From: Octopus sinensis | Taxonomy: Eukaryota | Reading direction: 5' to 3' | Assembly (NCBI RefSeq): GCF_006345805.1 | Contig: NC_043018.1 | Span: 18,972,001-19,036,000 of the forward strand | Length of the DNA stretch: 64,000 nucleotides | Shown: positions 54,070 to 64,000 of the stretch, one piece after another | How positions within the stretch are numbered: the stretch's first letter is position 1 | How the letters are laid out: every line of letters begins with the position of its first letter | Translations under genes and position numbers: made by a program | Notes under the pieces: generated by a model | Told to the model about the DNA's origin: nothing | Databases searched by the model: none | Seen by the model: the letters and a program-made list of their open reading frames with translations, nothing else

Positions 54070-54770
54070 AAATTGTCGTTGGGATCCCCATGCCAGTGGC
54101 ACGTAAAAATCACCATTCGAACGTGACCGATGCCAGTGCCGCCTTGACTGGCTTCCGTGCAAGTGGCATGCAAAAAGCACCAACTGATCGTGGTCGTTGC
54201 CAGCCCCTCTGGCCACTGTGCCGGTGGCACATAAGAAGAACCATCCAAACATGTCTGATGTCAGTGCCGCTTTGACTGGCTTCCGTGCAGGTGGCACGTA
54301 GAAAGCACTAACCGATTGTGGTTGTTGGCAGCCCCTTCTGGCCCTTGTGCCACATAAAAAGCACCATGCAAACATGGCCGATGTCAGTGCTGCCTTGACT
54401 GGCATCTGTGCAGGTGGCACATAAAAAGCACCAACTGATTGTGGTCGTTGCCAGCCCCTCTGGCCACTGTGCCGGTGGCACGTAAAAATCACCATTCGAA
54501 CATGGCTGATGCCAGTGCCACCATGACTGGCTTCCGTGCAGGTGTCATGTAAAAAGCACCAACTGATCACGGTCATTGCCAGCCCCTTCTGGCCCCTGGG
54601 CCAGTGGCATATAAAAAGCACCCACTACACTCTCAGAGTGGTTGGTATTAGGAAGAGCATCCAGCTGTAGAAGCACTGCCAGATCGGACTGGAACTTGGT
54701 GCAGCCTCTTGGCTTCCTAGACCCTAGTCGAACCGTCCAACCCATGCCAACATGGAAAGCGGACAAATGC
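54070..54770 (+). mobile_element. SINE family C (usually GAT-tailed) with internal ~60-68-nt subrepeats. Other copies: 4985-5245(+), 17510-17810(-), 18362-18670(-), 23030-23340(+), 24830-25080(+), 27905-28210(-), 36060-36330(+), 40935-41305(-), 43660-44140(+)
   Basis: Shared 3' part gttggcgttaggaagggcatccagctgtagaaac; most copies end ...ttaaacgatgatg (tail not clear in this copy); variable number of ggcacgtaaaaagcacc repeats. Confidence 0.85.
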
Positions 54771-56862
54771 ATGCACACAAACACACACACACACAAACAC
54801 GCACACACAAACACCCATAACCACACACACACACACACAGTGATGAGGCCTTTGGGATGAAGGAATTGCACATTAAACAGCAGAGTGTTCAACCAAAACA
54901 CAGTTTGCCGTAATGACCCTGTTCAGATGGCTTCCAGTTTTCCATGTCTGCCAACCTTTTCTCAATTACAACTTTAATCCTTTAGTGTTCAGATTATTCA
55001 ATCAAACATAATGCCTATTGATTCCCATTGATTTGAATTCATCATGCATTATCTCATATCTTCAAGATCTTGATGGTGTAATTACTTAACCCTTTAATAT
55101 TCAGATTAATCTGTCAAATGTAAAGCCTGTTTAATTACATTGTTTTAAATCAATTGTACAGCATCTTGTAACTCTGGGATATTGATGATGTCCCTGTTTA
55201 TTTTTAGAATGACTTTGTAGGGTAGGTGTGAGAGGTCAGAGCTGGCTGGTTTGAGCATAAAACAGGAAGACAATTTTGGCCTGATATGGCCAGTTTAAAC
55301 ACTAAAGGGTTAATGTAGAATAACATTGTAGGGTAGGTGTGAGAGCCTGGATCTGGTCAATTTGAGCATAAAACAGATTAACTATTTTGGCCGGATATGG
55401 CCGGTTTAAATACTAAAGGGTTAATCCTAATGCTCTCCAACATCAGCTGGTGTAGTCTAAGCATAAGCTGCACCATACACGCCATAACAAAGCAATCACC
55501 TTTCACTCTTTAGCATTCAAACTAGCCATATCAGGCCTCTCAAACCTATCCTACAATGTCATTTTAAAAATAAACAATGACATTGAAATCTCAAAGCTAC
55601 AGATAATATAATATGTGATAAATTCAGAGACACGTGAATAAATAAGGATTAAGCTTTACAGAATAACCTGAATGCAAAAGGATTAACATCCTTCACTCAT
55701 TGACCTCAAAAAACTCAATACTCTTTACTCTTTTACTCTTTTACTCTTTTACTTGTTTTCAGTCATTTGACTGTGGCCATGCTGGAGCACCGCCTTTAAT
55801 CGAGCAACTCGACCCCGGGACTTATTCTTTTTGTAAGCCCAGTACTTATTCTATCGGTCTCTTTTGCCGAACTGCTAAGTAACGGGGACATAAACACACC
55901 AGCATCGGTTGTCAAGCAATGCTAGGGAGACAAACCCAGACACACAAACACACACACGCATATATATATATATATATATACATATATACGACGGGCTTCT
56001 TTCAGTTTCCGTCTACCAAATCCACTCACAAGGCTTTGGTCGGCCCGAGGCTATAGCAGAAGACACTTGCCCAAGGTGCCATGCAGTGGGACTGAACCCG
56101 GAACCATGTGGTTGGTAAACAAGCTAGTTACCACACAGCCACTCCTGTGCCTAAATATCTATAGAAACTATATCTTGACATTTCTTCCAAGAAACCAATC
56201 TCTCATCACCTCCGTCTTCAGCTACTTTATTCATTCAGCTTCTCTTTAACCCGATTTTCTCATAATTATCCTCCAAAATAATCCTCTCCATGATAGGCAC
56301 AGGGCCTGATACTTTGATGGAGGTAGTTAGTGGACTACATCGACCCCCACCCCCACCAGTACTTTTTTTTTCATTGACCCCGAAAGGATGAAAAGCAAAG
56401 TCGACCTCAGCAGGATTTGAACTCAGAATCAGAATGCAAAGAGCTACTGCAAGAAATGCTGTGAAAGCATTTTGCCTGCCACGCTAACGATTCCGACATC
56501 TCACAGCTCTTTTACTCTTTTACTTGTTTTCAGTCATTTGACTGTGGCCATGCTGGAGCACCGCCTTTAGTCGAGCAAATCGACCCCAGGACTTATTCTT
56601 TGTAAGCCTAGTACTTATTCTATCGGTCTCTTTTGCCGAACCGCTAAGTGACGGGGACGTAAACACACCAGCATCGGTTGTCAAGCAATGCTAGGGGGAC
56701 AAACACACACACACAAACACATACACATACATACATATACATATATATACATCGGTCTCTTTTGCCGAACCGCTAAGTTATGTGGACGTAAACACATCAG
56801 CATCGGTTGTCAAGCAATGTTGGGGGGACAAACACAGATACACAAACATACACACACACACA

Positions 56863-56952
<90 letters not shown>

Positions 56953-58030
56953 ATCATGTGACCAACCAGACCATCAGATGTAGTTACACATCGCTGGTCA
57001 CAATGCGTTCGCATTGTTTTAGCCTTCGAATGCTAAGCGAGCAGGCCGACAGAAGAAAGAGTGAGAGAAAGAGTGGTGAAAGAGTACAGCAGGGGTCACC
57101 ACCCCCTACCGGAGCGTCGTGGAGCTTTTAGGTGTTTTCGCTCAATAAACACTCACAACGCCCGGTCTGGGAATCGAAACCGCGATCCTGCGACCACCAG
57201 GCCATTGCGCCTCCACATATATATATATATACAACGGGTTTCTTTCAGTTTCCGTCTACCAAATCCACTCACAAGGCTTTGGTCGGCCCGAGGCTATAGT
57301 AGAAGATATTTGCCCAAGGTGCCACGCAGTGGGACTGAACCCGGAACCAAGCGGTTGGTAAGCAAGCTACTTACTGCTCTCAGTCTTACTCCAAAACAAT
57401 CCTTTCTGGGATAGGCACAACAAGGTCTGAAATACTGGGGAAAGGGGAGAGTTGATAACATCAATCCCAGGCCCTTAGTTGGTTCCGATTCTATCAACCC
57501 CAAAAGATAAATGGCAAAGTCAACCTTGGTGGAATTTTCACTCAGAATGTAAAGACAGAGAAGATGCTGTTAAGCATTTTGCCTGGCATCCTAACGGATG
57601 CTTTGAAAAATAAGTCCTGGGCTTGATACGATCAACTAAAAGCCCTTCAATGCGGCAGTGCCCCAGCATGGCCTCTGTCCGATGAGTGAAGCGGGTAACA
57701 GAATAAAACACAGAAGATAAAAATCGTATTTGAAAATAAATCGAAGAAGAAAATGACCAGAAAACCTTCAAACGGAACCCGGACAAATTCGTCCGAGGCA
57801 TACCAGGGAGGCCAACAATATCTGGATAGGATTTCACCAATGACAACAACAACAACTCTTCGGTTGGATGAGCTTCGGGGACACAGAACAGAAGATAATT
57901 ATAGCAACTGCTGCTATTAAATTACGGCATGGTCCGCACCATCACGATGGGGCAAGACATATTTAATTAGCCTCATTATTTTACTCCAAAGTAATTAAAC
58001 AAATTTCGTTTTTCTCTTACTCTTCCTTAC

Positions 58031-58076
58031 TGAATTCTTCCATAAATTGTATCTGATGAAGCTGAACGTGTCTTCT
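58031..58076 (-). CDS. Candidate 46-nt internal exon (KTRSASSDTIYGRI), phase-compatible with 52137-52242
   Basis: gtttcattctaAG acceptor, GTAAGG donor; its 2-nt overhang joins the 1-nt start of the 52242 exon. Confidence 0.2.
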
Positions 58077-58469
58077 CTTAGAATGAAACTTTCCAGCATT
58101 TGCAGGAGTGTCAAATGGACAGGGGGTACTTTGTGCTGCCCGTCCAAGCTTTCTGTACTCTGAGTTCAAATTCCACTTAGAACAACTTTCCCTTTCATGA
58201 ACGTAGATGGATCACATGGTTAGAATGTCAAACAAACGAATGGGTTGTTCTGTTAGCTATTTTAACAGTGAGTTTCTGGGTTCAAATTCTGACTTTTCAC
58301 ACCAGTAAAAAAATTAAATAAAGAATTAAAATGTAACACTTCTGTAAAAAATTGGACCAAGCGACAACAGCAACAATGGAAAAAGTCATAAATATAGAAA
58401 AACAATGGAAACATAGTGTTTTCGGCTTGATCAGTTGATCAGATGATTAGCTTCTAGCAGCAACAGCAG

Positions 58470-58790
58470 TGGAGGCATAATGGCCCAGTGGTTAGGGCAG
58501 TGGACTCGTGGTTGGAGGATCGTGGTTTCGATTCCCAGACCGGACATTGTGTGTGTTTATCGAGCGAAAACACCTAAAGCTCCACAAGGTTCTGGCAGGG
58601 GGGGGCCTGTAGTACACTTTCGTTCCAACTTTCTCTCGCTCTTTCTTCCTGTTTTTTTATCCCCGACTTCCTACGCAACCGCAGAGCCTGGATGCGCATT
58701 CATCCATCCATCGATGCTCTCGATGTCGGAGGTTGACCTGCTTTCTCTTCTGCGTGTCTTACGAATAGCAAAGGGCCACGTTTCGGACTT
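58470..58790 (+). mobile_element. tRNA-derived SINE family D. Other copies: 6712-7000(-), 38505-38892(-), 56945-57216(-)
   Basis: Head tggcccagtggttaggg...gtttcgattccc (A/B boxes); repeated in the window. Confidence 0.8.
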
Positions 58791-58857
58791 CTCCCACTCT
58801 AGGACGAAGACCCCTTCGCTCAACAAACAAACGAACAAACAATCACCAGCAGCACGC

Positions 58858-59355
58858 CTTCAAAGTTGGAACCTCTGACTTCAATGCCCCTGTTGGAGTA
58901 CTCCAGTTCATTCGTGAAGGCCTCTGTGGAAGTCCTCCAGAGCAAAGGTGTCCATGTCCCTTGTCACAGCTCATTTCATCTTCTCCTTTATCTTGGGGAA
59001 CAACCAAAAGTCACTGGGAGCAAGGTCTGGAGTGTAGGGATGGGTGAGGGATAGTTTTGATGCTCACCTCTTTCAAGTAGTTCGTTACCAGAACGGAATT
59101 GTGGACAGGTGTGTTATCCTGGTGGAGCTCTGTAAATTGGCAATGAAATCTCTCCCCGAACCTCCTCAAAACCCCTACGAAGTACTCTTTGTTGACCATC
59201 TGGTCAGAAGGAACTTAATGGACATATATGATACCCTTACTACCGAAAAAGGGGTTCGTTATGAGTGGACTTGTTTCGCCTGACATTCTTGGATCTGGGT
59301 GAGTGAGAATGCTTCCACTGGGCACTCTGTCTTTGAGTCCCGAGATCATAACATT
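58858..59355 (-). mobile_element. Mariner transposase fossil (C-terminal half)
   Basis: YDLGTQRQSAQWKH, VNKEYF..VLRRF, HQDNTPVH and PYTPDLAPSDFWLFPK motifs with frameshifts. Confidence 0.85.
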
Positions 59356-59359
59356 AGAT

Positions 59360-60737
59360 CCGAGGGCAAAAAGAAAGAGTTATTCTGTGGAGTACAAGAA
59401 AGGAATTGTGGAAGAGTCACATAACAAGACTCAGCAGACAGGTGGATAGGAGAGGTGCTAAGAAGCGCAAGTGTGGAACAGGTCAACAACTGATATTTTC
59501 GGATGGATTGCTGATAGGAGAACAAAGGCTTTGGTTGTTTGCAGGGCTGATATTCGAGAATTTGCTCTTGCAATGGCACCACAGTTGAATATACCCTCGG
59601 AAATATCCAAAGCATCACCTCGTTGGTTGGATAACATCCTTCAACAATATGAACTCTCTCTAAGAAGATCGACAACACTGTTCAAGCTGGAGGATGCTGA
59701 AGTGATTCAACGTACACTTGCATTGAAGTCCTTTGTGATGGCGTAGACGTTTCTAAATACAATCTCTCCCATATAATTGCTATGGATGAGACTGCAGTAT
59801 TTATGGGCCAAGGATCTAAAACGATAATTGAACAGACAGGTGCCTCGTCAATCTACATTGTCTCAACAGGTTACAAAAGTGTCTTGATGGGAAAAAGTCC
59901 AACTGCTTATCATCACAAAGGGCAAAAATAAGAAAATAGAACGAGTTTTATGCATTTATGTCCTTGAAACGGAAAAGGCTTGGTGCACACAAGCTGTTAT
60001 AAGAAAACAGGTTGATTTAACTATGCCACTTGTTTTATAGGTTCTCAAAGAGGTCTTTTAGTCGGGGATTCGGTCAGTACTCATCGTGCAAAAGATAGGA
60101 AAACTTTCCTTTCTAAAAGAAGAACTGACCACATAATGATTCCCGTGGAAATGACTTCCTATCTACAAACATTAGGTCTTGTAATAAACAAGCCCTTCAA
60201 GGGTTATTTGCGGATGGAAGTGAATGAATATATCGAACGTAGAATGGAGAGAAATCAGTGTGGAAACTTTGTCAAACCCAACCTCCAAGAAGAACGTAAA
60301 TTGGGCGAAGAATACATGGAATAAAATTACCGGCAGTTGCGTTGCGAATGTATTACGAACAGGGTACTTGGACAAAATGTGTTCATTTAAGGAAAGTTTT
60401 ATTGCCAAATGTTGAGAGATTGAGGTCCATGAATCTACAGGAAGAAATTCAGTCTGAAGTTCGGGGTTTGATGATTTATAACGATGTTCCTGAAGCGGAC
60501 GAAATGTTTGTACTTGACTAAAAATAATAAGCGAATAAATAAACTTTTCATAACTAAAAACATGGGTTCCCTTTTTCTTTTTACGCGAGGACATGAGACT
60601 ATGTTGTCTTTCTTGGATTTTTTTCCCGCAAAAATATAAGACATCCCCTCCCAAAATAAGCCTTAGTGCGGTTTTTTTTTGGGGGGGGGATGCAAAATTA
60701 ATATAAGACCGGGTCTTATTTTCGGGGAAACACGGTA
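59360..60737 (+). mobile_element. Decayed pogo/Tigger-like DNA transposon (HTH + DDE_1), right TIR and TA site present
   Basis: KRKSYSVEYKKGIVEE, KASPRWLDN, IIAMDETAVF, LLVGDSVSTH and YLQTLGLVINKPFK; ends ...ttattttcggggaaacacgg-TA; many frameshifts. Confidence 0.85.
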
Positions 60738-60855
60738 TAGAAATGTGTGTATGCACGTGTGTGTGTACGTATGTACATACGGAGAGAGAGAGAGGGCGAG
60801 GGGAGAGAGTGAGAGATAGACAGAGTGGGAGGGAGCGAGCGGGAGAGAGAGAAAC

Positions 60856-60887
<32 letters not shown>

Positions 60888-60892
<5 letters not shown>

Positions 60893-63284
60893 TTTTGTTC
60901 ACCATAAGGTTGAGAAAAAGAGGGAACAAAACAAACGTTGGGGTCAGGGTATCGAATGAAACGAAACGTATGAATAAACGAACAATTAAAATATATACAA
61001 TTAAATGAGAATGAGTGATTAACAAAAAATGAAGCGGAGGACGCGGTCGACCCCACAAACCACATACTCACACTGAAGACTTTGCTTTATCCTTTTTTAC
61101 ATTCTCGATTAAACAGGTTCTTTCACTCGCAACATACTTGCTATAGACTTCCATCTTTTACGAAACACACTTTGCGACAGGCATTTCTTCTCCAGCCTTA
61201 TTTTCCGTTTCATGTGGAAAACGAAAAAGTCGATTAGCTCGAGAGTGGAGATGAACATGCCTGTTGCAATTCCTTTTACTCTCGTCTTCCACACTACTTC
61301 TTTCGCCATAGCAACTACCGAGAGAAAACAGGCTCGCTCCTCCCTATTCAGGAAGGTCGGCGGAACTATCTTAATTACAGATTCGCTCGACAGTTGTACT
61401 CTTCTCGAATGCGACAGCAGGTGTTCGACATAAGTCCAGAGTTCAGTCACCTTGGGGCATTGCACAATCGCGTGCAGGACAGTTTCACTGTCCCTCTTAC
61501 ATCTTGCACAAACCGGCGAAGATGCACACCCATGTCTAAAGAGCTTATCTCGAACCGGTAAAGCTCCTCTGTAACATTGCCAGGCCAGGGACTTTTGGTA
61601 ATTATCCATAGGCCCTGGACCGAATGTTCTTTGGAACAAGCTGGCCAGTTGATTTTCGTCGAAGCCCAGAGTTTCTCCTAGGACGTCGTCACACTTAAAC
61701 TCTACTAACCCTCTATAGAAGAACGAGGTAGTAGCCCCGCCACCGGCGTTGCCCGACTGGGAGAGAAGCACGAGTGCCTGATAGCACTCTGCATGCCACA
61801 TGCCCAACCTCGGTCTACACTTGATCCATGGGTTCAGTTCGTTAAACGATGTGAACTGTGGAAATAACAGCTTGACAAACGGAGACCACACCTGCTCACC
61901 GTCCAGGTAAATCCAGAGGTGCCTAAGCCTGAGCGCATGTCTGCGCATTTTTAGCCACGGCATCCCTAACCCACCCTTCAGCGGCTTTTGGCAGCAAATA
62001 GAGCGCCTTACAAGAAGTCTGCTGCCCCTCCACAAAAAGCGAAAGAGCATGCGTTCCAGTTTGTTCAGCCACGAATCGGGGCAAGGCACTTCGGTTAGGC
62101 GGTAAGTGATTACAGAGGCGATAAACACTTCTGCAACCTCCGCCCTCCCTTTCAAGGACAGTTTCCGCTCAGACCATGTCTGAGTTAGGAGAGCCACCTT
62201 TCTCGCCACCTCGCTCCAGTTCTTCTCTATCTGGAGATCTGGACCTAACCAGATCCCAAGCATTTTCACCGGTCCTTCCGTCCAACGTCCTACGACGCTG
62301 TCGGAAGACATCGACCTGCCCCTCCATGTGCCGAGTTGCAAGCCGACCGATTTATCCCGGTTGACTTTCGCTCCTGCCACCGCTTCGTAGTGCCTTAAGG
62401 CCTCACCCACCCACTGTAGGTGCTCGACTCGGGAAACGATGACGGTGATGTCGTCCGCATACGCCGAAGCTGACTTTCCGCACCCTAGATCTTGCGGGGT
62501 GCCTCTCATAGTTTCCAACCTCCTCAGCAACGGCTCGAGGGCCAAAACGTAGAGAAGCGGGGAGAGAGGACACCCTTGACGTACCGAACGTTCAATGCTG
62601 AACGGCTCCGAAAGGAAACCATTTACCCGAACTACCGATTCGATGTTGCTGTATAAAGCGATGATCCATCCGCGGAAGGTCGGGCCGAAGCCAGCCGCCG
62701 CGAGGACCGCCGCCAGATACTGATGGTCCACCCTATCAAACGCTTTCGATTGGTCCAAGTGGACCATAGCCCCCACCCTTGCCAGGAATCCTATTTACTC
62801 TTTCTAAGGCATAGCGTAGAAAGTGGAGATTGTCGTGGATGGTCCTTCCAGGGATGGCGCAAGTTTGCGCCTCGCCAACAAGTTCACCCACGACCCTCGC
62901 CAACCTTTTTGCTAAGACCTTGGCCAAGATCTTCAACTCTGCGTTAAGCAGAGTGATAGGCCGGAAATTATCAATTAAATCCCCCTTGTTTGGGTCCTTT
63001 CTTAACAGCGCTACCACCCCTCGGCTCACAGACTTAGGAATTCTCCCGTTCTGCTGCCAGTTGGTGTACACGCATGCAAATAGGTGCCCAAACAAGTCTG
63101 GCATGCTACTATAGAGTTCGTAAGGCAGACCATCGAGTCCCGGCGATTTGTCCCCGCAGCAGTCTGCCAACATATCCACGACTTCTTTGGCTGTGATCGG
63201 CGCCTCACAAGATTCCGCGTCCGGCCCCGATAGACGCGGCGAACCGGCTAGGAAGTCTGCGAGCTTCTCCCCGCGCTCCAGCCC

Positions 63285-63286
<2 letters not shown>
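60888..63286 (-). mobile_element. 5'-truncated Tx1/L1-clade LINE (RT + zf-RVT region + 3' UTR) inserted in a (TC)n microsatellite
   Basis: KSPGLDGLP, FRPITLLN, LDQSKAFDRV, VRQGCPLSP and YADD motifs; C-terminal CARC...HAIVQC; A-run at the 3' end; (GA)n tracts on both sides (60781-60887, 63287-63369). Confidence 0.93.
61109..63286 (-). pseudogene. LINE ORF2 remnant, one +1 frameshift in a G-run near 62770, no endonuclease domain
   Basis: ORFs 62736-63179 and 61109-62776 join at GGGTGGGGG; the upstream frame stays open to the truncation point. Confidence 0.85.
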
Positions 63287-63335
<49 letters not shown>

Positions 63336-64000
63336 CAGAGAGAGAGACAGAGAGAGAGAGACAGAGAGATGGAACCTTCACGCTGAATATAAATGAACCG
63401 TAATTTCTGAACACCTATTAGATAATAGGCAGTTACCTCCCTTGATGATGTAGAGTTATTTCTCTTGGATGTTGCGTAAATTTTCCTATTTTTCTATGGA
63501 TATTCCTAGTCATCTCGCTAAACCCCTTCAACTACTCGAGACCCAGTTTTTAGGTGCGAAATTACCAATTGTACACTGATCCACACTAAATTAAGATCTT
63601 TCATCACTATTTTATAATAAATTATGTTAAATTATGTTACAAGCACCAACATATTATTATTATTATTATTATTCTATGTTTGACTTTTGCTTTATATTTG
63701 TACAAGTTGGCTCCAAGTCTTACCCAGAGACCTCAAGAGACAACAGGTTGGAAGTTCATCTTGTTGTTATGCCTAGTGTGCCATATATTTTTTTGGGGGG
63801 GGGGAGTTTTTGGTGTTGTACTAATGAATGTCTAAAAAAAAAAAATTTTTTTAAATAAAATAATTTTTTTTCTTTTTTTAAAAAAAAAAACCCGGAAATT
63901 ATGTTTGTTTTAAACCTTGAGATTACATAGAAAGTATTTTGCGTAGGATATGAGCAGTTCCCATGAGCACTATCTTTTGAATTTCTGCCATTTTTGGGTT

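Overview
This is AT-rich, repeat-dense animal genomic DNA. The SINE families, huge (CATA)n/(TA)n/(GT)n tracts and metazoan-type proteins suggest a coleoid cephalopod, probably Octopus (inference). Most ORFs in the six-frame track are artefacts of SINEs and microsatellites. Two spliced genes were reconstructed by hand. (1) POLR2B/RPB2 (RNA polymerase II second-largest subunit) lies on the + strand: 22 coding exons from 653 to 28824, all GT-AG, summing to 3282 nt (1093 aa + stop), with the first ~81 aa upstream of the window. (2) A 7-exon, 309-aa tetraspanin lies on the - strand (45044 to 31630), with eight cysteines in the large extracellular loop (TspanC8-like) and only phase-0 introns. It is convergent with POLR2B and only fragments of it appear in the ORF track. 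A third - strand gene may end near 52137 (low confidence). The rest is mobile DNA: several tRNA-derived SINE families, RTE, CR1 and Tx1 LINE pieces, non-autonomous Helitrons, TTAA-flanked piggyBac-like MITEs, mariner and pogo fossils, minisatellites and several near-perfect hairpins. The most interesting observations are: a decayed minimal hammerhead-ribozyme fold in a long inverted repeat; a duplicated exon end plus splice donor in POLR2B that could create a poison exon; a composite MITE dimer carrying foreign DNA; a Tx1 LINE inserted in a (TC)n microsatellite; and an ETS-motif minisatellite bracketing the last tetraspanin exon. No prokaryotic-type system or CRISPR array is present.
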